A stretch of DNA of 64,000 nt, from NCBI GenBank assembly GCA_977020255.1, contig CDROCS010001688.1, positions 124,001 through 188,000 of the forward strand, in the 5' to 3' direction. Positions 11,016 through 21,461 of the stretch are shown here, in pieces. The notes below the pieces were generated by a model. The model did no database searches. It was not told where the DNA came from and was given only the letters and a program-made list of their open reading frames with translations. The position numbers and the translations under genes are program-made. Position 1 is the first letter of the stretch; every line of letters begins with the position of its first letter. Origin of the DNA: Obrimoposthia wandeli (lineage: Eukaryota).

Positions 11016-13748
11016 TCATTCTGCTGGTGTATCGTTTGTTAATGGCAAAAGCATTTCAACAACGCCATCAGCCATTTGAACGTCAATCTCAAAACCAACC
11101 TTTTGGGCGAGCATTATCATGCCTCGGTTAGAAGGCATCGTCATTCCGGTTATTCTTTTAACACCACTTTGTGTGCAGTAACGGATGATTTTTTCCATTA
11201 AGATCCGGCCTAATCCTACGCCTTTCAAATCAGATCTTACTAAGATCGCAAATTCAGACTCGACATTTTCAGGATCCGATAAAGCACGCGTTACACCAAT
11301 GATAATTTCTTCTGGTTTTCCTTCATCGTTGGTGATTAGGCTGGTGGCGACGAATGCCATTTCTCTGTCGTAATCAATCTGAGTGAAATTGGCTAACGCT
11401 TCATGATTAAATTCGCCAACATCAGAGAAGAAGCGCTTATATAAATCGTCAACAGACACATGAGAGATAAAATCTTTATGCTTGGGTTCATCTTCAGGCA
11501 AGATCGGCCTTAATAAGATTTCACGCCCATCTTTTAAGGTAAATGATTCTTCATGTTCTTTCGGATACGGGCGAATAGCCAAGCGTGCTTGTTTGTCGCC
11601 ACTGAACGGATGTAACGTCATTGATGCATCAATCACTGTCATATCAGTGCCCGATGCTAACAGTGGGTGAATATCAAAATCGACGATTTCAGGGCAATCG
11701 ATGATCAGCTGCGATATCTTCACTAATAAATTACACAGTGCAGGAATATCAATTTGCTCAAGATTACTGCGTTGTCTGATCTTACCCGTTTTAATTGCAT
11801 TGATAACCATATAGCGGGCTAACGCCATATTCAAAGGAGGGATCGCAACAGCGGCATCTTTGTGAATATTCCACGCAGCAGCATCTTCACCCATTAAAAT
11901 CACAGGGCCGAATACCGAATCATTGTGAACAGAAACACGTAACTCCTGTGCGCCAGAACGGCTTGCCATGCGCTGTACTAATAAGCCATCGATACGTGCA
12001 CTTGGGTAATTCATTGAAACGCGGTCTAAAATAGCTTGTGCGCCATTAGCTACTTCATCGGCAGTGCGCAAGTGCAACAACACACCGTGTACTTCTGATT
12101 TATGGCGAATATCTGGTGAGCGAAGTTTAATAGCAACGGGGTAACCAATTTGTTCTGCAATATGCACGGCTTCAGCAGGGTCAGATGCAATCCACGTTGG
12201 TAGCGTTTTAAAGCCATAGCTTTCAAGTACAGGGCGTACTTCATGTGTTTCTAAATGGGTGATGTCTTGTGCTAGCAAGTGGTTCAATACATCGTGAACG
12301 TGGCGTGGGTTACGTTTGTTTTCACCCGATACAATCGATGTATCACCAAATGAAATAGGTGTTTCCATCAATTGTTTTTGATTTCGTCGGTATTCGACTA
12401 AGTGCATGAAAGCTGAAATAGCACTTTCTGGGGTACGATAAGCGGGAAACCCTGCTTCAGTGAAGATTTTTCGTGATTGTGCTGCTTCGTTCTCACCCGA
12501 CCAATTGGTAAGTACATTAAAGCGCTTAGTGCGAGGGTGAGCGGCTAATACTTCCGTTAAACGTTGCGCTGTTTTATTACCAGGAGCAATAGCGGATGGT
12601 GAATGCATGATTAATAACGCATCGAAATCATCGCTGTCTAACAACACATTGACTGCTTTTTCATATCGTGTGATATCAGCGTCGCCAATAATATCGACGG
12701 GGTTTGCATGTGACCAGCAAGAGGGTAAAACGTCTGATAACTTCTCGATGGTTTCATTGCTTAACACTGCCAGCTTTCCGCCACGATCCGATAAGGCATC
12801 TACCGCCATAATTGCGGGCCCGCCACCATTGGTAATAATGGCTAATCGTTCACCACGTAATGGCACTGAGTGCGCTAATGTTTCTACCGCAGCGAATAAC
12901 TCGTGGGTATTGTGTACGCGCAACATACCTGAGCGTCGAATAGCGGCATCATATACCGCATCAAGCCCAATTTCACCGCCAGTATGTAGGTGTGCAGCTG
13001 CACTACCTGCTTCTGTTCTGCCACTTTTTAATACAAGAATTCGACGATTTCGCGCAGCGGCTCGAGCAGCAGACATGAATCGACGAGCGTCTTTTATTGA
13101 GTCGACATACAATAAAATAGCTTCGGTTTTACTGTCTCTACATAAGTAATCAAGCAACTCTGCAAAGTTAACATCACACGCATCACCCAGCGAAAGGAAA
13201 GTAGAAAAACCAATGCTTTTGTTTTTCGCCCAATCAAGAATCGTGGTGCAAACTGCAGCAGATTGAGAGATAAATGCAATGTTACCTTTGTTGGCTGAAA
13301 TAGGGGAAAACGATGCATTCAAATTCAACCAAGGTAAGATTAGCCCCATACTATTAGGGCCCACAATACGCATTCCGTGCTGCTTGGCGATGTTATACAT
13401 TTTTGTTTCTTCCGTTTCACCTTTTGACGAAACACTCATATTCATACCCGCCGCTAAGACGATAGCGAACTTCACGCCTTTTTTCCCGAGTTGATCAATA
13501 ATCTCGGCATTACGATGGGCATTGGTACAAAGGATAGCAAGGTCGGGAATACGGGGAAGGCTGTCTATAGTGGGATAAGCAAGTACGCCAGCAACGGCAT
13601 CATATTTTGGGGTGACAGGCATTATCGGACCATGAAAACTCCCAGCGAGCAAATTACGAATAACAACATTACCCGCTCTATTTGGGTTATCTGATGCACC
13701 AATAACAGTAATGGATTTTGGCTTAAGCAGTTTATCCAATCCATTCAT
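11016..13748 (-). CDS. patZ: Protein lysine acetyltransferase (NDP-forming acyl-CoA synthetase-like domain plus GNAT)
   Basis: PKSITVIGAS CoA-binding start, FISQSAAV, ATP-grasp-like region, C-terminal GNAT EFAILVRSDLKGVGLG. Confidence 0.92.
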   Translation of the reverse strand: MNGLDKLLKPKSITVIGASDNPNRAGNVVIRNLLAGSFHGPIMPVTPKYDAVAGVLAYPTIDSLPRIPDLAILCTNAHRNAEIIDQLGKKGVKFAIVLAAGMNMSVSSKGETEETKMYNIAKQHGMRIVGPNSMGLILPWLNLNASFSPISANKGNIAFISQSAAVCTTILDWAKNKSIGFSTFLSLGDACDVNFAELLDYLCRDSKTEAILLYVDSIKDARRFMSAARAAARNRRILVLKSGRTEAGSAAAHLHTGGEIGLDAVYDAAIRRSGMLRVHNTHELFAAVETLAHSVPLRGERLAIITNGGGPAIMAVDALSDRGGKLAVLSNETIEKLSDVLPSCWSHANPVDIIGDADITRYEKAVNVLLDSDDFDALLIMHSPSAIAPGNKTAQRLTEVLAAHPRTKRFNVLTNWSGENEAAQSRKIFTEAGFPAYRTPESAISAFMHLVEYRRNQKQLMETPISFGDTSIVSGENKRNPRHVHDVLNHLLAQDITHLETHEVRPVLESYGFKTLPTWIASDPAEAVHIAEQIGYPVAIKLRSPDIRHKSEVHGVLLHLRTADEVANGAQAILDRVSMNYPSARIDGLLVQRMASRSGAQELRVSVHNDSVFGPVILMGEDAAAWNIHKDAAVAIPPLNMALARYMVINAIKTGKIRQRSNLEQIDIPALCNLLVKISQLIIDCPEIVDFDIHPLLASGTDMTVIDASMTLHPFSGDKQARLAIRPYPKEHEESFTLKDGREILLRPILPEDEPKHKDFISHVSVDDLYKRFFSDVGEFNHEALANFTQIDYDREMAFVATSLITNDEGKPEEIIIGVTRALSDPENVESEFAILVRSDLKGVGLGRILMEKIIRYCTQSGVKRITGMTMPSNRGMIMLAQKVGFEIDVQMADGVVEMLLPLTNDTPAE

Positions 13749-13927
13749 ATTCTCACCCCGAATTTATATTGAAATATCATAATGATATTAGCGGATGACG
13801 AAGGGAGTTTCTGACTAATGTATGGGAGCTGTGATCAAACCCAAGGACTTTCTATCCGTAGCATCCCTGAGTTTATATTTTAAGTAAAGAGTGCCAATTA
13901 CCTTGAAAAACACAGCTGAGTGGGAAT

Positions 13928-14437
13928 TTATACTTGGTAACGTGTCTTGTCGCCAATATCGTAATGCAGTGGCATACGCCATTTAGAGAAAGCCGTAACC
14001 GCCAGTAAAATTGAACCAGACATGCTAAAAGCAATACTAATGTGTTCTTGTCCGAACACGAGGCAGAACCAAAAGCCCGCAAGCGCAAGAGGTGTTAGCA
14101 TTAATATTTTCAGCTGAAAGCAGAAGTATTCTTTAATTGCTAATGCACTAAATGCAAACAGCGCAGCCCCTAATGCTAAAGGTTGCCATAAGCCTGAAAT
14201 TAACCAGACTGCTGCAAATAAGCCACTGCCTTGAATTAGCCAACGAAAACGCTTGTCGTAAATGTGTACAGTAGATGATGCAATCAGTGCCGCTATAACC
14301 AAGGCAGGAATAGCAAATGTAGGCTCCCATGCAACAATCGACATGGTTACTGCAGAAAAGGTAAGGGCGCAGCGATACAGTAGAACGGTAAGTTTATCTA
14401 ACCCGTCTAATTCGCACTTAATATGAGGATCTGCCAT
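13928..14437 (-). CDS. DUF2301-type integral membrane protein
   Basis: MADPHI..LD.LDK start, KEYFCF and K.RMPLHYDIGDKTRYQV motifs. Confidence 0.75.
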   Translation of the reverse strand: MADPHIKCELDGLDKLTVLLYRCALTFSAVTMSIVAWEPTFAIPALVIAALIASSTVHIYDKRFRWLIQGSGLFAAVWLISGLWQPLALGAALFAFSALAIKEYFCFQLKILMLTPLALAGFWFCLVFGQEHISIAFSMSGSILLAVTAFSKWRMPLHYDIGDKTRYQV

Positions 14438-14608
14438 TGTTAACTCCAAAATTGTTAATAGCACAACATTGTACGGCTGTTATATGGCTAATTGAACCCA
14501 ATTCATGTGACTTATGACCGATAGTTATTGATCTATCTTAAGCTTAGGCTTGATTGGTAATCCATACAGCTGCAAAATAAAAGCAGATATCGTTTTGGTA
14601 GAGAAGTA

Positions 14609-15148
14609 ATGAAAAAAATAGCTGTTTTAGCCGTAGTCACGGTATTAGCGGGTTGTGCGTCAGATTCAGAAACAATGCAACTTACGACGTCTTCGTCTGA
14701 AGAAGTGTATTCAGCAGAGCAAATTGCAATGATGGATCATCTGCAAGAAGCAAAAGTTGAAAACGTAACGAAAGATACAATCGTTGCCTACCAAGAAGAA
14801 GCTGTACCTGAACCTGTAAAGCCAGTAAAAGAAACTAAAAAAACGGTTTATAAGTACGCGGATGTAACAAAGCAAGGTTACACCATTCAAGTGCTAGCAT
14901 TGAGCCATAATCAAAATTTCACAACTTACATGAATAAGTTACCGTCGAACCAGCCTGTGTGGATGAATAAAAAAGAGTTACAGGGACTGCCGTGGTACAC
15001 CTTACTGTACGGACAATTTGATAGCCGTGCACAAGCTAAGCGTTTTCTTAATGCATTACCGCAAGATGTTAAAGATTACGGCCCCTTTATTCGTAGCCTA
15101 GATGATATTAAAGCATCAGCTACACCAAAACTTTCCCGTTTGAATTAA
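14609..15148 (+). CDS. SPOR-domain lipoprotein
   Basis: Lipobox LAGC; C-terminal GYTIQVLAL..WYTLLYGQF.SRAQAKRFLNALP. Confidence 0.85.
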   Translation: MKKIAVLAVVTVLAGCASDSETMQLTTSSSEEVYSAEQIAMMDHLQEAKVENVTKDTIVAYQEEAVPEPVKPVKETKKTVYKYADVTKQGYTIQVLALSHNQNFTTYMNKLPSNQPVWMNKKELQGLPWYTLLYGQFDSRAQAKRFLNALPQDVKDYGPFIRSLDDIKASATPKLSRLN

Positions 15149-15213
15149 TCTTACAAAGAGAGCTCTTCAGCTCTCTTTTTTATAGATATCAATCACCAGC
15201 CACCATGATGGTT

Positions 15214-15221
15214 GGGTAGGG
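15214..15221 (+). other. KOPS motif GGGTAGGG pointing towards dif
   Basis: Matches GGGNAGGG on the + strand left of dif, the expected polarity; single site, could be chance. Confidence 0.45.
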
Positions 15222-15233
15222 TAATTAAGCAAA

Positions 15234-15797
15234 ATGAATGAATTAGATAAAATGCGCTCAGGGTTGTTATTCGATGGTAACGACGTATCAATTGATACTT
15301 TGCGTCAACAATCAGAATTACTGATTATTCAGCTACGATCGTCGCCTTCATCTCAACACCAAGCATTATTGAAGCTGTTACTCGGCTCTATTGGATTGAA
15401 CTCCGTTATACGTATGCCTTTCAGCTGTGAGTTTGGTAAAACCATTCATATTGGTAATAATACCTTTCTTAATGCAGGCATTGTGATGCTCGATAATGCC
15501 GATATTTATATTGGCAATAACGTGCTAATTGGCCCGTCGACGCAGTTTTTTACGCCAACACACTCACTCGATCATGAATCTCGTCGACGATGGGAGTCGT
15601 GGTGTAAGCCAATCACGGTTGAAAATGATGTGTGGATTGGTGGTAATGTATCGATCTGTCAGGGGGTCACCATTGGTGCGCGTTCAGTTGTTGCGGCTGG
15701 TAGCGTTGTTACACACGATGTTCCGCCTGATACGCTTGTTGGTGGTACACCAGCGAAGGTTATTCGATTAATTAACAGTAGTGATTCACCTAGTTAA
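15234..15797 (+). CDS. Sugar O-acetyltransferase (maltose/galactoside acetyltransferase family)
   Basis: Hexapeptide repeats; VWIGGNVSICQGVTIGARSVVAAGSVVTHDVP. Confidence 0.9.
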   Translation: MNELDKMRSGLLFDGNDVSIDTLRQQSELLIIQLRSSPSSQHQALLKLLLGSIGLNSVIRMPFSCEFGKTIHIGNNTFLNAGIVMLDNADIYIGNNVLIGPSTQFFTPTHSLDHESRRRWESWCKPITVENDVWIGGNVSICQGVTIGARSVVAAGSVVTHDVPPDTLVGGTPAKVIRLINSSDSPS

Positions 15798-16016
15798 TGC
15801 TACTTATTTGGGCATATTATCTGGATTAAGGTATAAATTTGAGATAAATGCCCAATAGAAGTAAGAGAAGGTGCAATAGTTCGCTTTTTTTTATTAATAT
15901 GGGGTTCTATTTATTGTGTTGGCGTGCTTTTTTGCAATTTTCTGCATACGCCATTACAGACAAACTAATTTAGTCGGTCGATACATCTAGCCGACAGTGT
16001 ACAAAAAGGGATAAAA

Positions 16017-17009
16017 ATGAGCTCGATCCATGTTTTATTACTCTGCGGCGGTGGCAGTGCCGAACACGAAGTTTCTCTCGTATCGGCTAATTATATCGAG
16101 CAACAATTAAAGATCATTAACGGTGTATCTTACACCCGTGTAGAAATGAAAGCAGAAGGTTGGTTTGATGCGAATAATGCATTGTGCCAGCTAAACCTCG
16201 ATCGTACGCTTCAAATTGGCGACGATAAAACACCAATTAATTACGTTATTCCATGTGTTCACGGTTACCCTGGTGAAACAGGTGATTTGCAATCATTTTT
16301 AGACATGGCGGGTCTGCCTTATTTGGGCTGTAATGCTGAATCTAGCACGAATTGTTTTAATAAGATCACCACTAAACTGTGGTTTGACGCATTAAATATA
16401 CCGAATACGCCTTATATTTTCTTAAGTGAAAATGATGAAGCTGCGCACCAATTAGCAGCTAAAGCATTTGATGACTGGGGCAAGGTCTTTGTTAAGGCGG
16501 CCTCTCAGGGTTCATCGGTAGGTTGTTACAGTGTCGCAAATAAAGATGAGCTGGCAGAAGCGGTAAACAATGCGTTTACCTACTCTAATCAAGTGCTGAT
16601 TGAAAAAACAATTAAGCCGCGTGAATTAGAAATTGCAGCCTATCAATACGGTGATGAACTTGTTATTTCAAAGCCTGGTGAAGTTGCTTGTCCTGATGAT
16701 AAGTTCTATAGCTACGAAGAGAAATACAGTACCGATAGCCATTCAGTTACCACGGTTGAAGCTGAAAACTTAACTGACGAACAAGTTGAGTTAATTCGCG
16801 AATATGCGCGTAAAGCTTTTACCCAGATGAAATTAAAAGATCTTTCTCGTATTGATTTCTTCTTGAGTGAAGACAACGAAATCTTACTGAACGAAATTAA
16901 TACGTTCCCAGGTATGACGCCCATATCAATGTTCCCTAAAATGTTAGAACATCATGGGCACAGCTTTGCAGGGTTTATCGAAACAGCAATAAAAACTGCT
17001 GCTAAGTAA
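16017..17009 (+). CDS. ddl: D-alanine--D-alanine ligase
   Basis: GGGSAEHEVSL, HGYPGETG, VKAASQGSSVG, RIDFF, NEINTFPGMT. Confidence 0.97.
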   Translation: MSSIHVLLLCGGGSAEHEVSLVSANYIEQQLKIINGVSYTRVEMKAEGWFDANNALCQLNLDRTLQIGDDKTPINYVIPCVHGYPGETGDLQSFLDMAGLPYLGCNAESSTNCFNKITTKLWFDALNIPNTPYIFLSENDEAAHQLAAKAFDDWGKVFVKAASQGSSVGCYSVANKDELAEAVNNAFTYSNQVLIEKTIKPRELEIAAYQYGDELVISKPGEVACPDDKFYSYEEKYSTDSHSVTTVEAENLTDEQVELIREYARKAFTQMKLKDLSRIDFFLSEDNEILLNEINTFPGMTPISMFPKMLEHHGHSFAGFIETAIKTAAK

Positions 17010-17035
17010 AACGTAATGTGTGCTTAGCATTCTAG

Positions 17036-17068
17036 AAGCCATTCTGGTTATTATCAGAATGGCTTTTT
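17036..17068 (+). terminator. Intrinsic terminator after ddl
   Basis: AAGCCATTCTG/CAGAATGGCTT stem plus T-run. Confidence 0.8.
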
Positions 17069-17126
17069 AATTGGCGTTTTTTCTTAATCCTGTAATACTC
17101 GTAGTAGATAGTCATCAAGGAAGATC

Positions 17127-17351
17127 ATGCCAAAAGAAGCGCATATGCTAAAAGCTGAAACGACGGAAAATACCGAATCAAAGCTAACGACAGCTCAAAT
17201 GCGTAAACATTTTAAGCGGTTATCGTCACGTAACTACAAGGCTAGCCTTCAATTGGAAGGGTTTGATATAGAGCCTACAAAACGTGAAACGAAGAGCACT
17301 CAATCGGAAAAAGAACAGATAGAAAGTTTGATACGATATTATGATAGATAA
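17127..17351 (+). CDS. yhfG: YhfG/DUF2559-type Fic antitoxin
   Basis: NYKASLQLEG contains the (S/T)xxxE(G/N) Fic-inhibition motif; overlaps fic. Confidence 0.8.
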   Translation: MPKEAHMLKAETTENTESKLTTAQMRKHFKRLSSRNYKASLQLEGFDIEPTKRETKSTQSEKEQIESLIRYYDR

Positions 17352-17976
17352 GTATGGTGTTAGTCATGATCCAGATTGTTACCCAAATACATCGGTATTG
17401 ATTAACCGTTTATCGATTACTGACGAAGACACACTTGCCTTGGCTGAAAGAGACTTCACAAAAGTGCGAGCTGAACATTTTGAGCCTGAATTCGAGCAAT
17501 TTAACCTACAATACCTTTGTAAAATTCACTTCACTTTATTTCAAGATCTGTACCGTTGGGCTGGTCAAATTCGCAGTGTCGATATTACGAAAGGACAAAC
17601 ACGGTTTTGCCATGTTCATAATATAGAGCGAGAAACAGAACGTCTTTTCATCCAGCTTAACAATGATAATTTATTGCGTAATTTACCGTTTGATGCCTTC
17701 ATTAAACGCATCTCTCATTATTACTGCGAGCTAAATGTTATCCATCCATTCCGAGAAGGCAATGGCAGGGTACAGCGGATATTTTTTGAAATTCTAGCCA
17801 TCAATGCTGGCTATGAAATTTGCTGGGAGGGCATCAACTTAAAAGAATGGGTTGATGCCAATCAAGCCGGATACTTTGGTGACTTACATCCTCTAGAAAA
17901 ACTATTTGAACGCATTACGGTACATATAGATGTTCAACAAGGCTATAAAGAACATTGGACCGATAGCCCTAGCTAG
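17341..17976 (+). CDS. fic: Fic-domain AMPylase (class I Fic toxin)
   Basis: Canonical HPFREGNGRVQR motif; DKYG..DPDCYP.TSVLIN start. Confidence 0.92.
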   Translation: MIDKYGVSHDPDCYPNTSVLINRLSITDEDTLALAERDFTKVRAEHFEPEFEQFNLQYLCKIHFTLFQDLYRWAGQIRSVDITKGQTRFCHVHNIERETERLFIQLNNDNLLRNLPFDAFIKRISHYYCELNVIHPFREGNGRVQRIFFEILAINAGYEICWEGINLKEWVDANQAGYFGDLHPLEKLFERITVHIDVQQGYKEHWTDSPS

Positions 17977-18014
17977 AAGTACATATGGTAATTATGAGTC
18001 TCTCAAGCGGAATA

Positions 18015-18989
18015 TCAGCTCTCCCAAGGTTTATCTTTTAAAAATTTCGCCATTTCTTGATCTCTTTTTTCTGTATTTCCCACATATTGCGCAGGCATCG
18101 CAGGGCTCTTCCAACGACCATGGCTTTGTATTTCACTGATCGATAACCCAGCATCTGATAAGTCTCTAGCGGCACCTACGCGTGGAGATTGACCTGAAAA
18201 GATAACATCAGTAGGCAACCCCAACTCTTCGCTTGCCCTACGGAATACGCGGTATATTGAAGAATGATCCAAAGGTAAAACCCCTATATTACTGTGGCGA
18301 TCAATGCGTCTGAAAATGTATCCAGTATCAATAATGCCGATAGTTATCCAGCGCTGTAGGGCGTTTGACGCAACAGAACTGAGCGAGATAATACGATCGC
18401 CTAATGTAATATTAATTAAGCCTTCAGAGTCTGTTTCTAATTTATCTACGGTTAAGTCAGACAACTCACTGCGTTTTAGCATTGCTTCAAATGCGACCGA
18501 CCAAATCGCCATATCTCGAATATCTTTTACTTTTGGCGAGGTTTCAAATAGAGTAATCAATTGTTGTAAATGGTCATCACGGAAACCACGAGCATTGTTA
18601 TAATCATCATGCTTATCAATGCGTTGCTTTCTCATTACTAAGCGTATTTCAGTGTGAGCACATGGGTCTGGTAGGGCATGACAACGGTGCACTAACCCTA
18701 TGGTTACAATGTAACGTTTTAGGCTCGCTAGTTTTCGCTTTTTTGCCATTAACTCGATAAAACCATGTACTGTGTCGACTGATGCTGGCAATACTTTTCG
18801 ATTATGACTTTCGCAGAAAAGGATAAAGTTATTCCAATCGTTTTTAAAAGCGAGGAGTGTGTTTTTAGCGTATTTTTGATGTGTTAATACTTGCCAAAGT
18901 TCAATACTATCCATAATAACGGAGAATTTAGAACGGCTACTTTGTAGTTCTTTTGTATCTTTTATCGCCTGGATACCTTTCGTCATCAC
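18015..18989 (-). CDS. Cre-like tyrosine recombinase family protein
   Basis: N-terminal SAM-like core-binding domain; LKRSEL, FSGQSPRVGAARDL, GRWKSPAMPAQY. Confidence 0.85.
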   Translation of the reverse strand: MMTKGIQAIKDTKELQSSRSKFSVIMDSIELWQVLTHQKYAKNTLLAFKNDWNNFILFCESHNRKVLPASVDTVHGFIELMAKKRKLASLKRYIVTIGLVHRCHALPDPCAHTEIRLVMRKQRIDKHDDYNNARGFRDDHLQQLITLFETSPKVKDIRDMAIWSVAFEAMLKRSELSDLTVDKLETDSEGLINITLGDRIISLSSVASNALQRWITIGIIDTGYIFRRIDRHSNIGVLPLDHSSIYRVFRRASEELGLPTDVIFSGQSPRVGAARDLSDAGLSISEIQSHGRWKSPAMPAQYVGNTEKRDQEMAKFLKDKPWES

Positions 18990-19231
18990 TACCCCTCTAA
19001 TGCACTATAACTTTATATCTGTTAGTTATTATAATAGCAGGAATATCAATAATTGTAGACTAGCAGACAGAATTAACATTTATTGGCTTGGAAAGCAAAA
19101 TGCGGTCTATACAGATAAAGCTATTAATAATATAAATGTTACAAACATAAAAAAGAATAATTTGGATGATGTTTATTATTCAAAATTACAGCTTGCTATT
19201 TTACTGAAACTTCCAACAAGGAGTTGTTGAG

Positions 19232-19597
19232 ATGAGAAAAAACCTGCTTCATCGTAGTTATATATTAGAAAATAGCTCTGGTGCGCCTGATGGTTGGAAG
19301 ACATCGATTAATGGTAATCCTGTATCAGGAAAATTATCGTTACTTAAAAAAAGTGTCGATTGGTGGTGTGATATGAAAGCATTTTTACCACCAAACAGCT
19401 TTGAAGGCATTAACTCTCGCCAGAAAGAAACAGTAGCGCAGCAATTAGATGATTATAGAGGTTTTAAGCTAATTAATGATAGTGGCAAACCCAACGAGTG
19501 GTATGTGATCTTACGTGGCCAACTATTAAAAGGCCCAGCGGTTAAACTAAAAAAGCACCTCGATATGGTAATAATCAAACTGAATGCACGAAAGTGA
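19232..19597 (+). CDS. DUF3319-like Vibrionaceae protein
   Basis: LKKSVDWWCD motif recalled from the family found next to yciH in Vibrio. Confidence 0.6.
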   Translation: MRKNLLHRSYILENSSGAPDGWKTSINGNPVSGKLSLLKKSVDWWCDMKAFLPPNSFEGINSRQKETVAQQLDDYRGFKLINDSGKPNEWYVILRGQLLKGPAVKLKKHLDMVIIKLNARK

Positions 19598-19721
19598 CAC
19601 CGCTATATATTTACGATGTCTATTATTAATAACATTCAGTAAGCAAAAACGCCCAACAGGGCGTTTTTATTGAGTAATTATAAACGGGCAGTACTCACTC
19701 AAGAATGAGTGAATAGGGGAA

Positions 19722-20234
19722 TTAATCGTCATCATCCGACTTTTCCACATCAACTAAATAGCTTCCCTCAAGCCAATTACGACCGATAAGAAGTTTGTAA
19801 TCAAGCTTGCTGCGATTACGTAAGTTAACCGCAACGGTTTTATGTTGACCATTCCATCCTAAATCCATAACAACGGCATAACGGCGTTCAACACCTTGCG
19901 CATTACGAATTTTGCTTACTTTTATAATTTCCCCTTTATATGTCGCTTCTTTTCCATCTTCATTTTTGGTTTTAAATTCAACCATGTCACCAAGGTGATC
20001 GCGCATGTCATCACTGTCGCTATCTTCACCGGTCACTTTAATATCATAAGCATTTATCGATGTGGTGGCAGCACCCGTATCAATTCGGGCTTTATAATCC
20101 ATCCCAAGCTCATGAATTTTAATCGTTTCCACTTGACCTACGATAGATTTATCACTAGACACTTTATTGCCTGCCATTACAAAAGGTGAAGCGGTTGAAA
20201 GTAAAATCAAGGCTGATAAAAAAACTTTTTTCAC
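19722..20234 (-). CDS. Exported RimK/LysX-associated retropepsin-like protease
   Basis: Signal peptide; KARIDTGAATTSI and V.L.NRS.LDYKLLIGRNWL. Confidence 0.85.
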   Translation of the reverse strand: MKKVFLSALILLSTASPFVMAGNKVSSDKSIVGQVETIKIHELGMDYKARIDTGAATTSINAYDIKVTGEDSDSDDMRDHLGDMVEFKTKNEDGKEATYKGEIIKVSKIRNAQGVERRYAVVMDLGWNGQHKTVAVNLRNRSKLDYKLLIGRNWLEGSYLVDVEKSDDDD

Positions 20235-20350
20235 ATTGTCTCCTAACTATAAACATTTGTATTACTATGAATAATAGACATTGAATCAGTGTTGTTGTTC
20301 AACATATTAAAAATAATGAATATACAGATAGCACTTTAATACTTATTCAT

Positions 20351-20956
20351 TCAATTTATGTTAAGTGTACTTTTGATTTGTTTATAACAATCACTGGACT
20401 GGTTAAAATGTATCGTTTTAAAACCTAAAGATCGAGCTGTATTGATATTTTCTTCATTATCATCAATGAAAAGTGATTCAGAGGCATCCAATTCAAAACG
20501 TGCTTGTAATAACTCAAAAATTTCAGCTTCTGGTTTGATGACTAACTCGTTACCTGACACTAGACCTCCTTTAAAAAAAGCAATAAAAGGGTGGCGTTCA
20601 TTAAGTGTTTCAAAGAAAGCGTTACTCATATTGGTTAGGTAATACAGTGAGTAACCTTGATCTAACACTTTATAGAAAATAGATTCCGTTAAGCTGATTT
20701 TTTCAAGACTGTTTTGAATATGTTCAAAAAAATCTTCCATTCTAGCTTCAGGAAACCCAGTGCGAGCTGCAAACTTAGGAATAACTTCAGCCATCAGCAT
20801 AGTACCGCGATCAAGAGCTAGCCAATCAGGATGATTGAGCACTTCATTTAATAGCATCTCTTGTTCAAAGACTGAATCAGTATAAGTTTGAACAATTTTG
20901 GTCGGTTTCCATTCAAATAGAACAGCACCGAAATCAAAAATCACGTTACGAATCAT
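20351..20956 (-). CDS. HAD-family phosphatase (YihX-like)
   Basis: VIFDFGAVL motif I, LTN motif II, KPEAEIF, FIDDNEENI. Confidence 0.9.
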   Translation of the reverse strand: MIRNVIFDFGAVLFEWKPTKIVQTYTDSVFEQEMLLNEVLNHPDWLALDRGTMLMAEVIPKFAARTGFPEARMEDFFEHIQNSLEKISLTESIFYKVLDQGYSLYYLTNMSNAFFETLNERHPFIAFFKGGLVSGNELVIKPEAEIFELLQARFELDASESLFIDDNEENINTARSLGFKTIHFNQSSDCYKQIKSTLNIN

Positions 20957-21075
20957 TAGAGTTTCCGTTTGACTACCTTTTATTGATAGTATGCGATAAA
21001 AGGTAATACGCAAATTGAATGCGTAATCTTAATACCACACTCACAATTAACTGAAAATTCATGGATTATTACATA

Positions 21076-21399
21076 ATGAATGATAACAGCCGTTTAGTCT
21101 TCTCGACAGAGACAGGCCGTATTCCAGAAGAAAAAGCCAAACCTCAACGTCCAACGGGTGACGGCATTGTTCGTATACAACGCCAAACAAAAGGCCGTAA
21201 AGGTAAAGGTGTTTGTATTGTGACAGGTCTTGATATGGAAGATGCACAACTCAAATTGCTGGCTGCTAAACTTAAAAAAGTATGTGGTTGTGGTGGCTCT
21301 ATTAAAGACGGCACCATTGAGATTCAAGGTGATAAGCGTGAAGTGATAAAAGCAGCGTTAGAAAAAGAAGGACACACCGTTAAACTTGCCGGCGGCTAA
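21076..21399 (+). CDS. yciH: SUI1-family translation inhibitor/factor YciH
   Basis: LVFSTETGRI, RQTKGRKGKGV, LKKVCGCGGSIKDGTIEIQGD. Confidence 0.95.
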   Translation: MNDNSRLVFSTETGRIPEEKAKPQRPTGDGIVRIQRQTKGRKGKGVCIVTGLDMEDAQLKLLAAKLKKVCGCGGSIKDGTIEIQGDKREVIKAALEKEGHTVKLAGG

Positions 21400-21431
21400 G
21401 CGATGGCAACGATTGCTTCGTTGTTATTGAG

Positions 21432-21461
21432 AAAGCCTGAAGCTATATCTTCAGGCTTTTT
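21432..21461 (+). terminator. Intrinsic terminator after yciH
   Basis: AAAGCCTGAAG/CTTCAGGCTTT stem plus T-run. Confidence 0.8.

Noticed and set aside
17341-18989. Fic module plus recombinase as an integrative element
   Set aside because: No flanking att repeats or tRNA target, and the recombinase appears to belong to the conserved backbone next to yciH.
19000-19230. 76-aa ORF between the recombinase and the DUF3319-like gene
   Set aside because: Asn/Ile-rich translation of an AT-rich divergent promoter region; no RBS.
20356-20366. Second dif site (TTATGTTAAGT)
   Set aside because: XerD-like arm only, inside the HAD gene end, with no XerC arm at 6-8 bp.
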